This document shows, piece after piece, positions 38,001 through 46,495 of a DNA stretch of 64,000 nucleotides. Each line of letters begins with the position of its first letter. Position 1 is the stretch's first letter. The notes below the pieces were generated by a model. That model had not been told where the DNA came from and did no database searches. It worked only from the letters and a program-made list of their open reading frames with translations. This DNA is from a virus, in IMG/VR virus record IMGVR_UViG_3300029911_000010, positions 40,428 to 104,427 of that record. One strand, given 5' to 3'. The position numbers and the translations under genes were made by a program.

Positions 38001-38405
38001 GCCCCTGGTTTCGCACAGCCGGGTTTCCTCGCGGATCGCCTCGACCGCCTCGTCGGTGACGCCGGCCAGCGCCGACGCCTCGCGGATCTTACGCCGCTCA
38101 TCACGGAAGAGAACGTACTTGCGTCCCGCGTCGGCTTCGCCAACGGCAAACAACGCCTCTTCCACGAAATTCTGAATTGCCTCGACAGCAATAGTTCCTC
38201 CGATAGATGCGATCAACCGTTCGACACGATCGGTTACCTTCGCGGCCAGCGCCCTCGTGTCGTCATCGAGCGCTCGACCACAATCGTTGACCAGACAAAG
38301 CATGACCACCTGGGTGATCTTACTGCGTTGGTATGTGACCAAATTGCCGGAACGTTTGCGTACCTGTAAAGCTGCAGGCACAACAGTAGAAATGCCAGTC
38401 GACAT
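35052..38405 (-). CDS. nrdJ: Class II (adenosylcobalamin-dependent) ribonucleotide reductase with ATP cone and intein
   Basis: VRKRSG ATP cone, PSMR, NCSY, GGVRRAALISL, GTNP|CGE, TCIKPGG, EHNPSVT, C-terminal CSGDSC; start re-called at ATG 38405. Confidence 0.9.
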   Translation of the reverse strand: MSTGISTVVPAALQVRKRSGNLVTYQRSKITQVVMLCLVNDCGRALDDDTRALAAKVTDRVERLIASIGGTIAVEAIQNFVEEALFAVGEADAGRKYVLFRDERRKIREASALAGVTDEAVEAIREETRLCETRGTTDLQRFQHYDKYARFNDDFKRRETYPESTDRVMGFIQYHLRKHGMPTLEAGDYQMLRDSIINEEATPSMRLMQMAGPAATRCNVGIYNCSYSGIRDVDYFAENLYISMAGAGCGFSCESEFVEQLPRIQRRRRNSVPDVFVVPDATEGWCDSVKHLMYRLYEGYDLDIKYHEIRPEGSRLMTKGGRASGPKPLSDLHTAIRRLFRAREGKRLRDIDVHDSMCYIGQVGQLGGVRRAALISLSNLKSQLMREAKFGKYWENPLYVQRAMSNNSAVYDEKPEAHVFLAEWLSLVISKSGERGIFNRGGLARQMPQRRIDQYGDSFFDVLWGTNPCQPANATVLTRDGIRTMGELKTGDVIWTGKHWSEVTRKVYTGVKPVFRYQTTAGFFLGTENHRVVSHGEKIEAQDAETIDRCVGPITRDDASYLGLQSLPCDRDVLDGLLIGDGSVHAASDNLIYLCVGENDGDVLDRFPSHLSHRPGIRSHAYAIGEDATVTAAELPYTYLRSVPARFKHGDELKIRGFLRGLYSANGSVCGGRVILKATSFKIISDVQEMLSGLGIPSYYTPKAAKAVRFDNGTYECRESYDLNITTGKGRFATMIGFVQGYKQEKANQAALTEQPTRKHSFEIISISDEGSQPVWDITVAADEHTYWTGGMLVSNCGEVILHPDGQFCNLSIPIVRPTDTGVILERKVRLAAIFGTIQSTMTDFSYLRPRWKENCEAERLLGVDLLGALDSPLLRDSNPDRHRLLEHLKQTALSENRVWAKRLGINPSNAVTCIKPGGNSGARYGVGQSMGGWLAQHMIRNVEVGNINPMCRFLKDQGVPHEVCYRDPGTTIFSFPLKAPEGSMVVSDLVTDVSGKVVATKSRRSAMCQLEDWLAFKKHYTEHNPSVTIYVGDDEWPQVAGWVYAHWEDVGGLAFLPLDGGVYPQAPFTPLTPEQFADFTANFPKIEWEKLPRYEHGIDHTNVRKELACSGDSCIM
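36018..37001 (-). mobile_element. Intein with LAGLIDADG endonuclease (328 aa) at the catalytic Cys
   Basis: GTNP|CQPANATVLT...VWDITV..EHTYWTGGMLVSN|CGEV; LDGLLIGDG and FLRGLYSANG. Confidence 0.9.
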
Positions 38406-38557
38406 GGACTGTCTCCAAAACGTCAAACTATATGTGCTCCCGCCAAACAGAAGCATCGTTTGCCGGGATGCAACTGTCTGAGCACACTAACCTAAGTGTG
38501 CATCCCTATTTTCGTATAATTCGTTTTCAAAATCAATACCTGAAAATTCGCTGAAAA

Positions 38558-38887
38558 TCAGGGCCTTCCTATCGGCTGACCTATAGTTGCTCCGACTGCT
38601 TTTCTTAGTTTGAAAAAAGTATCGACCGTCCGTTTCATTGCAGGTGGGATGTCGGGAATGGGCTTGCGCATCTTGACCAAGTCAATGATGGCTGCAGCGG
38701 GAATCGGATCGCCGCCGGCCACTTTCTTTGGTGTCTTGGGTGTCTTGCTTGGCTTGCTTTGAATGGTGCTCGAACTGGTGTCGTCGGTAATCCGCTCGAC
38801 TTCTTGCGGAATGTCGATCGACACGGCCATGCCGCTGGTAACGTTGGATGTCGCAAACCGCCGGACCTGACTGCCGCTCAGTGACAT
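38558..38887 (-). CDS. Hypothetical protein
   Basis: AGGAG SD; KVAG motif. Confidence 0.55.
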   Translation of the reverse strand: MSLSGSQVRRFATSNVTSGMAVSIDIPQEVERITDDTSSSTIQSKPSKTPKTPKKVAGGDPIPAAAIIDLVKMRKPIPDIPPAMKRTVDTFFKLRKAVGATIGQPIGRP

Positions 38888-38901
38888 GACTGTCTCCTAT
38901 C

Positions 38902-41532
38902 TTAGATGTCCTCGTGGCGAGCTAAAAAAGAGGGGGCACGCAACGCCCCGCTGGCTAGTTGTTCCTGGGCACGAACGCGGGCGACACGGCCAATCCAGTC
39001 ATCTGGATTAGCTGCCATGTCAGCCAGAGTCGCGTCGTCAAAGCCAGTGCCGACCTTGCCGACCGGTTCACCACCAGGCTGCAAGCTGTACTGAAATCCG
39101 CCGACCGTGCTGGCCCGCCGGCCTTCGCCAGGGAAAAAACTGTGAATGTGAACATCGTGGTCCTCGGTCAGCTTGCTCTTCATCGGCTTGCCGTGCGTCG
39201 GATGGATCACCACACCTTCACGGGTCAGGGGATTCTTGCCACCGGCGATGTCCTGCCACATCTGCATCGCCTTGCCCGGCTCAGCCTCCTGGCTCAGGTG
39301 GAATCGCCCCGGAGCTGCTGCTTCAAGAAGCGGCAGAATCTCGCCCAGCATAGCACGACGCTCAGCGTAAGACGTTTGATCAAAGTCAACCGGATGCTTC
39401 CCGACTTGCTGGACGTCAAAGAGGGCGTTTCGCAGTTGTATTTTCCGATCTCTTTGCTGGGCAATGGCATTCGCGGGAGTGGCATTGAGGATGCCACCGA
39501 GTTCGGACGGGTGTATGGCTGTTTGCACAGTGTCGGATAGTAATGGGTCTCCCGGATTATCTGCCCCAGCTTCTCCGCCACCGGGCTTGTCGCCTTGTCT
39601 AACGCCGTAAAGTTCACCCCTGAGGACTGATCCAACCAGATTCGGCGGGGTTTGTATTGCTGGTCTGCCATGAAAGAACCTCTCCGTGTGTAAAATGGGC
39701 CGGCCTGTCTGCTTGCTCTGTCGGTAACTGGTCAGCTCCACGCCATCCTTGAGCAACTTGATCAAACTAGAAGCCCCGTCAATCTTAGCCTGCACGCTGG
39801 CAGCCGGATCTAACTTGGACAACGTCTGCTCGATCTGGTCGGCGGGGATCTTGGTGTAGTGAATCTTCTGATACGGCAGTGACTGCGACGGCGTGGTGTT
39901 GATCATCAGCCAATCACGGTCACGCTGGCCGTGCCACTTGGTCAGCATGAAGCGCTCGGGGTGCTTCTTGTCCATCCGCGTGAAGTGAATCTCACCGGGG
40001 GACACCTTGGTCAACATGATCTGGCCGCTGTCGTGTTTCTTAACAGAGCCGCCGCCGTAGCGCCCCAGGGGAATGTCGCCCTCGAAGTCCTTGTAGCCGT
40101 AGCGATGCACGGGCTGCTGCACCGCCAGGATGCGCTGGCCCGGCTCTGGAAGCTCATTGCGGGTCGCCCACGAGTACAAGCCGGTATCCGGGGTGCCGAA
40201 GCGAAAGTCGTAATGCGGGCCAGCCTTCTGCGCCAGGTGATGCTGGATAACCAAGTCGTGGTTCTGACCCGGCTGCAAGGCGTCCCAGTCGCCAAAGTTC
40301 TGCCGGCTGGGCAGGCCGGGAGCGGCGTCGGCTTTCTTCTCGTGCTTTTCTTCGTCGTCCGGCTCGTCTTCCTCCAGCTTGACGTCAGCCTCACGTCGCA
40401 TGATATCCGGCACGGGCGTCTTGGCCGGTACGTAGGGCTTGAATCCCAGCGACGTGTAGAACGCTGCTAACTCTGACGTGCCCAGCGCCTTGTCTTTGTA
40501 CGGGCCGACGTGCAGCTCCAGCGGCTTGTGGCCGTAGGCGTCCAGAACGTGTTCCATCAGCTTGCGAGCCAGTCCCTTTTCACGATGACGCGGCGAAACG
40601 TACAAACCCCTGATCCATCCGGCGTCGTGGCCGGGGACGTCCATTACAGCGACACCGCCGATCTCCCGTCCGTTGCGGGTGATGTCAAACCGGTGCTCGG
40701 GTCCGTGCTGAGCGAAGTTGTCCCGGTAGTCTCCGAAGCGATATTCTTCCGCAAAAGTTGATTTGCTTTTGTCAGCAGCCACTTTCTGGTTTCCGGCGTC
40801 GGCGAAATCTTCAAGGTCGAAAAGATCTGATCCGCCATCGGTTCCAGCTGGTCCACACTGCCTGCCATATCCGCTATCACCTGAGGGATGTACATCTGCA
40901 GCCTTCTTCCTGTATTTGGCGAACATGCCGTCTTCGATTTCACGCGTCGTGTCGGCGTGCTCCAGCCACCATTTGAACTGCGGCATCGTCAGTGAGTAGA
41001 TCGAACCCAGCCCCTTCCAGCCGTCCTCGTAGTTCTCCAAGTACAACCGGCGGGCCTGGTCCTCGTTGATAGCGCCGAAGATAACCTTGTGCTCGTCGAA
41101 GTCTTTGGTGCCGGGGTCAACCTGGTTGACGACGAACACCAGCTCGCAATGCGGGTGCTGATCGCCGATGAACACGTCGACATGATCCTTGTCCCGCCCC
41201 TCAGTGCCCAGGATGTAGCCATAGTGGCTTTTCATCTCCTGAGACCATTCCTTGCCGTCTCGGCTCTTGCCGCTGCGGGTGGAGCCCTTGGGATTTTCAA
41301 TGGAGATGGTCAGCCCGTGAATGTTGAGCTTGCCCTTGGCGTAGTTGCCCGCCTCACGCTGAGCTTCGGTAGGCTCGGTGTCAGTCTTGGCAGCGGCCCG
41401 GTCGATGCGATCCAGGTAATCCGCCAGCTCGCGATTGGCGTGCTGGGCCTGGTCCACCGTGGTATCGGGCACAACCGTTACGCGAATAATACGATGTGAA
41501 ACGCTCAGAATGCTGGTCGGCGAATCTTCCAT
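38902..41532 (-). CDS. Polyvalent protein: InPase-like + GNAT + LigD-type phosphoesterase + ATP-dependent DNA ligase
   Basis: GNY.KG...IENPKGS.R...YGYI..T.G.D.DHVDVFIG...DEHK; GLYVSPRHREKGLA; QHH.A...HYDFR..SWA..H..Y.FEG; KIDG, GELY, FDV, EGVV, GKVGTGF, LRAPSF. Confidence 0.85.
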   Translation of the reverse strand: MEDSPTSILSVSHRIIRVTVVPDTTVDQAQHANRELADYLDRIDRAAAKTDTEPTEAQREAGNYAKGKLNIHGLTISIENPKGSTRSGKSRDGKEWSQEMKSHYGYILGTEGRDKDHVDVFIGDQHPHCELVFVVNQVDPGTKDFDEHKVIFGAINEDQARRLYLENYEDGWKGLGSIYSLTMPQFKWWLEHADTTREIEDGMFAKYRKKAADVHPSGDSGYGRQCGPAGTDGGSDLFDLEDFADAGNQKVAADKSKSTFAEEYRFGDYRDNFAQHGPEHRFDITRNGREIGGVAVMDVPGHDAGWIRGLYVSPRHREKGLARKLMEHVLDAYGHKPLELHVGPYKDKALGTSELAAFYTSLGFKPYVPAKTPVPDIMRREADVKLEEDEPDDEEKHEKKADAAPGLPSRQNFGDWDALQPGQNHDLVIQHHLAQKAGPHYDFRFGTPDTGLYSWATRNELPEPGQRILAVQQPVHRYGYKDFEGDIPLGRYGGGSVKKHDSGQIMLTKVSPGEIHFTRMDKKHPERFMLTKWHGQRDRDWLMINTTPSQSLPYQKIHYTKIPADQIEQTLSKLDPAASVQAKIDGASSLIKLLKDGVELTSYRQSKQTGRPILHTERFFHGRPAIQTPPNLVGSVLRGELYGVRQGDKPGGGEAGADNPGDPLLSDTVQTAIHPSELGGILNATPANAIAQQRDRKIQLRNALFDVQQVGKHPVDFDQTSYAERRAMLGEILPLLEAAAPGRFHLSQEAEPGKAMQMWQDIAGGKNPLTREGVVIHPTHGKPMKSKLTEDHDVHIHSFFPGEGRRASTVGGFQYSLQPGGEPVGKVGTGFDDATLADMAANPDDWIGRVARVRAQEQLASGALRAPSFLARHEDI

Positions 41533-41553
41533 GACTAAATCATCCAGCTCACC

Positions 41554-41581
41554 TTGACTTCACCTGTTCGGGTGATATCAT
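41554..41581 (+). promoter_or_regulatory. Sigma70-like promoter of csrA with palindromic operator in the spacer
   Basis: TTGACT-TCACCTGTTCGGGTGA-TATCAT (TGn extended -10). Confidence 0.65.
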
Positions 41582-41626
41582 ACTGACCGTTCATCGAAGT
41601 CAAACCTCTATCGAAAGGAGTCGATC

Positions 41627-42055
41627 ATGCTAGTTCTCAGTCGCAAGCGTGACCAGGCCGTCCGAATCGGAAAAGACATTCGCGTCATGGTCACCGACAT
41701 TCGCGGTGACAAAGTTCGTATCGGTACGAACGCTCCACCGTGCTACAGAGTGTACCGCAAAGAGATCTACGATGGAATCCTCAGGGAAATCGCAGCCGGC
41801 GGCAGCCCTCCGGAAGAGCGGATCAAGTCCGGCGCTGGCCAATTGGTGCTAAGCCGCCAGCGTGACGAAAAGCTGTACGTCATCGATCCGGCCGACTGGA
41901 ATAAGCCCCTGGTCAGCATCACGGTAGTGGATATTCGCGGCGATAAGATACGTCTCGGCTTTGAGGCAGACAGATCGCTTGACGTGGACCGCGAGGAGGT
42001 CTATAAGTTGAAATCAGCCGGAGCCGATGCGAAAGCAGGCCAAACGGCGGTCTGA
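41627..42055 (+). CDS. csrA: Tandem two-domain CsrA/RsmA translational regulator
   Basis: MLVLSRK...IG.DI.V.V..IRGDKVRIG..AP....V.R.EI, then a second QLVLSRQ...ITVVDIRGDKIRLGFEA.....V.REEV; AAGGAG SD. Confidence 0.92.
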   Translation: MLVLSRKRDQAVRIGKDIRVMVTDIRGDKVRIGTNAPPCYRVYRKEIYDGILREIAAGGSPPEERIKSGAGQLVLSRQRDEKLYVIDPADWNKPLVSITVVDIRGDKIRLGFEADRSLDVDREEVYKLKSAGADAKAGQTAV

Positions 42056-42080
42056 GTCATTTGTACTACTCCAAGCAGAT

Positions 42081-42115
42081 CACCCTGGCGCTTACAACGC
42101 CAGGGTGGTTTGTTT
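42081..42115 (+). terminator. Intrinsic terminator after csrA
   Basis: CACCCTGGCG-CTTACAA-CGCCAGGGTG followed by GTTTGTTT. Confidence 0.75.
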
Positions 42116-42205
42116 ATGTAGACAGCTGCACAACCGTAAAGCCTCTGTCAATCCATTCTCCTTCGAGTCTTTCAAGGGGCTGAAATGGTGAAAAATCCCC
42201 GCCGG

Positions 42206-42757
42206 TCATGCAGCCGTCGTATCCTTGGCTGTATCCGTACGCCCCAGCACGCCCCTCTTCCTTATCGCAACTGTCACATGAAAATCGTATTTCCCCTCGT
42301 TAGGCAAACTGCTTAAGCCGTAGCTGCGCCGCAACTCCTGCAACTCCGGTGAATGCACCCGCAGTATCCAGCACTTAGCCACATCAGGCCAGCCAGCCGG
42401 CTCCAGCTCCATTAGACGGCCGATGGTGTAGGTGAACGTCTTGCCGCGATCGTTGAGCAGCTTGTCAGTCCCGCCGATGATGGAGATATCCTCGGGGCGG
42501 AACACAGTGATGTGGGCGTCCAGCTTGCCTTCGTGCAGCGGCAGCTCGATGCCGGTTTCGTCCATGGCATCAAAGATGCCGCGAACCATGGCATTGGGCA
42601 CCGACAGCAGGCCGTAGGGCTTATCGCGGTGCTGGGCGACGTACAACCGGCCTGACAGGTTGTAGGCCGGCACCTGGTCATTGGCAATCTTCTCGCCCAG
42701 GCGGTACGCCTGGTTGTGCCAGTAACTGAAATTGTCGATGGGGCTCAGAACGCTCAT
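42206..42757 (-). CDS. 2H phosphoesterase family protein
   Basis: Two HxT motifs, AHITVF and FHVTVA. Confidence 0.8.
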   Translation of the reverse strand: MSVLSPIDNFSYWHNQAYRLGEKIANDQVPAYNLSGRLYVAQHRDKPYGLLSVPNAMVRGIFDAMDETGIELPLHEGKLDAHITVFRPEDISIIGGTDKLLNDRGKTFTYTIGRLMELEPAGWPDVAKCWILRVHSPELQELRRSYGLSSLPNEGKYDFHVTVAIRKRGVLGRTDTAKDTTAA

Positions 42758-42912
42758 TGCACTGCAGGTCCGAAAACGTGATAGCCGAGCAACGCAAGCA
42801 GGATGAAAACCACAAGCCAGGCGCTTGATCGCCGTTCAAACGGCCATAAGACTACGCCGCTGAAAACGACGGAAATCACGAAAATGATCCAAAACCAATT
42901 TCCAGCATTCAT
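42754..42912 (-). CDS. 52-aa two-helix membrane protein (absent from the ORF track)
   Basis: MNAGNWFWIIFVISVVFSGVVLWPFERRSSAWLVVFILLALLGYHVFGPAVQ; GGAG SD; ATGA coupling. Confidence 0.7.
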   Translation of the reverse strand: MNAGNWFWIIFVISVVFSGVVLWPFERRSSAWLVVFILLALLGYHVFGPAVQ

Positions 42913-42961
42913 GGTAACTCTCCGGTGAAATTACTTGCCGCCAGTTCGACGCCTATCCTGT

Positions 42962-43351
42962 TCACTTCTGATCCATCGATAAGCGAGGATCGGGTCTGTC
43001 AGCCGACTGAACCTGACGAACCATGCGCTGACGAGTTTGCTGCACGTCAGGATTGCCGGCAATGGCAACCAGCTGGGCCGCTACCTCCGGGGGCAGCATC
43101 TGGTTAGCCATGTTGACCATGTTGGTGTTGTGTTCCTGCATGGCGGCTTGCAGCTGCTCGATGGACTTGCCGTGAGCATCGACCACGGGATTACCCCGTA
43201 TCGCCTGGATGACCATGACAGCCACCTGACCGATGATCCATATCAAGATGGCGACGTTGGAAAGCGACCACTCACTGCCGCCAGTAGACGGAGGCAGCTG
43301 GCCGAGAACGACGAAGTATCCGAGGGGAATAAGAGAAAGAAGGAAAGCCAT
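42962..43351 (-). CDS. Membrane protein
   Basis: Two N-terminal hydrophobic segments then a coiled region; AAGGAG SD. Confidence 0.55.
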   Translation of the reverse strand: MAFLLSLIPLGYFVVLGQLPPSTGGSEWSLSNVAILIWIIGQVAVMVIQAIRGNPVVDAHGKSIEQLQAAMQEHNTNMVNMANQMLPPEVAAQLVAIAGNPDVQQTRQRMVRQVQSADRPDPRLSMDQK

Positions 43352-43398
43352 GGTCACTCCTTTGACCCAACCTCAGTTTGTACCCTGTCTTAGATTGC

Positions 43399-43427
43399 AT
43401 AATACTCGACGATAGTCACTGGTACAA
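43399..43427 (-). promoter_or_regulatory. Sigma70-like promoter
   Basis: TTGTAC-17-TATTAT. Confidence 0.5.
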
Positions 43428-43697
43428 ACGATACCCCTCGTACTGATCTCCCCTGTGATAGTTTGCCGGGCAGTCGCATGCTTCGGTCAACAGCGCCAGC
43501 GCCGCCCGCACGCTGGCTTGCGAATGGCCCCAAACAGGCCCGATCCTCTTGCCCGACGCCCGGCACTCCACCACGACGCAGGCTTGCTTCTTACTGACCT
43601 TGGGGTTTATCGCCGATCCAAAGTAAACCGTGGCTCCGGCAGTCTTGGAGCTGCCACCTCGGCTGGATGTGCGCTGGCGGGGACGACGCATGGACAT
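43416..43697 (-). CDS. Basic hypothetical protein
   Basis: 93-aa ORF in the operon. Confidence 0.5.
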   Translation of the reverse strand: MSMRRPRQRTSSRGGSSKTAGATVYFGSAINPKVSKKQACVVVECRASGKRIGPVWGHSQASVRAALALLTEACDCPANYHRGDQYEGYRLYQ

Positions 43698-43698
43698 A

Positions 43699-44559
43699 TT
43701 ATTGCTGCTCGCCGGATTTTCTCAGCTTGGTAATCCGTCGCTTGGGCCGGCGACTTAGCTTGTCAGCAAACGCCTTTCGCGGGTCAGGGTCATCAACAGG
43801 TTTGCTTTCGCTGGCATTGCCCAGCGCCAGAATCTTCTCGGCACCGGGAATCAGCTTGGCAATGATCAGTACGCTTCGCGGGTGCATCGGCGTGCCGCTC
43901 TTACTGTAAGCTTCCAGTTGGTCGTACACCTGCTGGGCCGTGGCGGCGATGGTGCCGGCTGGCATTTCCTGGAAGTCCGGGTCGACCGCCAGCTTGAGAC
44001 GGATCTCGCTGACCGTGATACTGATCATGTGACCGGCAGCAACCGCCTGGCCGTCGCCCGGCGGAACGATCATGTTGTTCTGGGCTGCCCAGTTGGCGAC
44101 GTTCCTGCTGAGCACAAGCCGGGGCATGGCGTTGTGTGCGCCGGGCACCAGGGCACATAGCTCCTGGATTCGCAGCAAGATGTCTTTCTCCAGGGCTTCC
44201 ACCCGGCTGGTCTGCCCAGCCATCGACGCCGCATCCCGCTTGCGATACAGGGATGTCAGGTGATCCTCCAACGTCTTTTGCATCGTCGTCCGCTCGTGAG
44301 CCGACAAGCCGCCGACTGGCATGGGCGAATGGCCGGTTTCACGCCTGGACATCTCGCGGGCGAAATTGCTGGCAAAGAACCGGTCAACCCGGCAACCACA
44401 CGGGTAAAGCCGCCAGATCTGCTGGGCGGGCACCGTCGAGGCATCACAGCCGGAGAAGCCCTGCACCGGCCTTTGACAGCTAGGGCAGGGAGTCTCCAAC
44501 TGCGAAGTCAGCGACTTGGAGTAGATCTGGGGCCTGTTGTACGGCGAGGTGTCGCTCAT
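43699..44559 (-). CDS. Hypothetical protein with N-terminal zinc ribbon
   Basis: CPSC...PCGC; basic C-terminal motif. Confidence 0.6.
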   Translation of the reverse strand: MSDTSPYNRPQIYSKSLTSQLETPCPSCQRPVQGFSGCDASTVPAQQIWRLYPCGCRVDRFFASNFAREMSRRETGHSPMPVGGLSAHERTTMQKTLEDHLTSLYRKRDAASMAGQTSRVEALEKDILLRIQELCALVPGAHNAMPRLVLSRNVANWAAQNNMIVPPGDGQAVAAGHMISITVSEIRLKLAVDPDFQEMPAGTIAATAQQVYDQLEAYSKSGTPMHPRSVLIIAKLIPGAEKILALGNASESKPVDDPDPRKAFADKLSRRPKRRITKLRKSGEQQ

Positions 44560-45725
44560 GGTAACAGTTTAGCGTTCTTCATCGCCGGGACCATCACGCG
44601 GTTGACCTGCATGTCCAGGCGTCCGTTCATCTGTATCAGTCGGCGGATGGAGGCTTCGGCTGCCAGAAGCCGGGTCATGGGATCGTCAGCTGACAACGGC
44701 GCTGGATTGTCGGCCGGATGATTGACCACTTCCTGGGTCTTGACCTCCAGCGGGCCAAAGCAGCCGCCCAGCGCCTGCTGGGGAAGCGTAGTCCAGTTGA
44801 CCGCCGCCTTGAACGTGCCGCTGGACGTAGACCAGCAGGCGGCACGCACTGACGGATTTCCGGAGTCCAACGGTTGGTAGATCGCCTTGTGATAGCCCGA
44901 CGCCCAGCGGGCCACCGCGCAGTTGGCCTGCTCCATGGCATTGATCACGTCGGCCGGCACCAGGTCGTAGCTGACGCCCTGGTTGTTGGTGTCGTTGCAG
45001 TAGACTATGCCTCGAAGGCCGGCCGTCACCGCCAGCCAGACCTGGGCGTTGATTTCGGCCGCCGTGGCGTAACGACGATCGACTGCCCAGTTGTTGAACT
45101 GGTTGCCCAGGCCGATGCAGCCGATCTTGGGCTTGTTGGACCACTGATTCATGACCGACAGCACGTGGGTGACAATCTCCAGGCTGGAGCTGGCCGACCA
45201 GCCTGCCAGCGGATAAATGTCGTTGCCCAGCCAGTCAGCCGCCTTGATGTAGTGCTGGTAGATGGCCGGGGCCTGTCCGTTGGGCCAGCTCATCACGTAG
45301 TTGTTGCTGAACATGACGGCCACCGGCAGCTTGGGCGCTACCGTTTTCATCGTCGAGTAAGCCAGCTGTAACGTGTTGGGATCGATCTTGGACGAATCCG
45401 GCTCGTCGCCGTGCAGCCACGCCAGCAAGCCAACCGTCAAGGCATCCCGCGACAAGCCGGCCTGGTCGGTGAACTCAGCCAGGGGAGCCCGCATCTGCCA
45501 CAATTCGTTGACAGTAGCCTCGGACGACCAGTGATTAACGTTGTAGCCCTGGGGGATCTCGACGACGGTGTTGATGCCGCGTCGCTTCCAACGGACAAAA
45601 TCCTCGCTGGACGGCTGCCACACGCCAATCGGGAAGTACGGCGGCGTTGAGAGGGTGATTTGGGGCACGACTGTCTCGACGGCCAGTGTCGAAACATCTG
45701 GTCTCGTCGCAGATCCGGTTGTCAT
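44556..45725 (-). CDS. Putative glycoside hydrolase-like TIM-barrel protein
   Basis: FPIGVWQ, GINTV, AWLHGDEPD, DIYP, GLRGIVY resemble clan GH-A-like barrels. Confidence 0.55.
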   Translation of the reverse strand: MTTGSATRPDVSTLAVETVVPQITLSTPPYFPIGVWQPSSEDFVRWKRRGINTVVEIPQGYNVNHWSSEATVNELWQMRAPLAEFTDQAGLSRDALTVGLLAWLHGDEPDSSKIDPNTLQLAYSTMKTVAPKLPVAVMFSNNYVMSWPNGQAPAIYQHYIKAADWLGNDIYPLAGWSASSSLEIVTHVLSVMNQWSNKPKIGCIGLGNQFNNWAVDRRYATAAEINAQVWLAVTAGLRGIVYCNDTNNQGVSYDLVPADVINAMEQANCAVARWASGYHKAIYQPLDSGNPSVRAACWSTSSGTFKAAVNWTTLPQQALGGCFGPLEVKTQEVVNHPADNPAPLSADDPMTRLLAAEASIRRLIQMNGRLDMQVNRVMVPAMKNAKLLP

Positions 45726-45753
45726 GAATTCTCCTGTAAAACAACTTTTACGG

Positions 45754-46245
45754 TTAGTCCTCGTTCGTTTCCAGCTGACTCAAAACGTCGTTGCCGTTCA
45801 TGTTGGCCCGCTCCTTGATGGCAGCTGCGTCCCAGCGGTCGCAGTCGCTCAAAGCCTCAATCACGGCGTCCTGGGCCTGCTCGGCGCTCTGCCCGGCGGC
45901 ATAGCCTTGAGAGTCGGGTCGCAGCGAACGCCAGATCGCCAGCAGGTTGGCCCGAACGTAGCGATTAAAGTTGACCTGGCTGCGTCCGGGGCCGGCGCTG
46001 GGCTGCTTCTTGGTGTGCCCGGCCACATTCAGCAACTGTTGAGCTTGCGATACGTAGACAAAGGCGTTGACGACGGAGTACAGGTGAGGCGAGTAGCTGC
46101 TGATCATGCACGGATACTCAGCCGGCTTACTCTTCCATTCGATCTGCTGCCATCCCCTTTCTTCCTCGTATTGGCGGCAGTACGACTCCCAGGCTTGCTC
46201 GGACGGGATGATTGTCCATCCCGATCCTGTTTCTTTTGTGTCCAT
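45754..46245 (-). CDS. Hypothetical protein
   Basis: 163-aa ORF in the operon. Confidence 0.55.
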   Translation of the reverse strand: MDTKETGSGWTIIPSEQAWESYCRQYEEERGWQQIEWKSKPAEYPCMISSYSPHLYSVVNAFVYVSQAQQLLNVAGHTKKQPSAGPGRSQVNFNRYVRANLLAIWRSLRPDSQGYAAGQSAEQAQDAVIEALSDCDRWDAAAIKERANMNGNDVLSQLETNED

Positions 46246-46246
46246 G

Positions 46247-46495
46247 TCAATTGTTTCCGTTAAGGCGTTTTTGTTCTTTGACCAGCCATCTCTGGTTGCG
46301 ATCGGCCCAGGCAGTCAGCAATGACTTTCGCCGGTAGCCGGTCTTGTCCCGCAGACGTTTGAGAATAGAGCGGATGGTCTCCGTGGGAATATCCAGCTCA
46401 ATGCTCATCTCAATGCAGGTCGAGCCGACCGGCAGACGCATTGCCACGACAATTTCTTTGTAGCTAAGCTCCGGCTTTTCCGTCATCGTTATCAT
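46247..46495 (-). CDS. LuxR-type HTH protein
   Basis: LSYKE...EMSIELDIPTETIRSILKRLRDKTG. Confidence 0.65.
   Translation of the reverse strand: MITMTEKPELSYKEIVVAMRLPVGSTCIEMSIELDIPTETIRSILKRLRDKTGYRRKSLLTAWADRNQRWLVKEQKRLNGNN

Noticed and set aside
38406-38550. Cobalamin riboswitch or NrdR box upstream of nrdJ
   Set aside because: Inverted repeats are present (GGGATGCA/TGCATCCC, GCACACT/AGTGTGC) but I could not identify a B12 box or NrdR consensus
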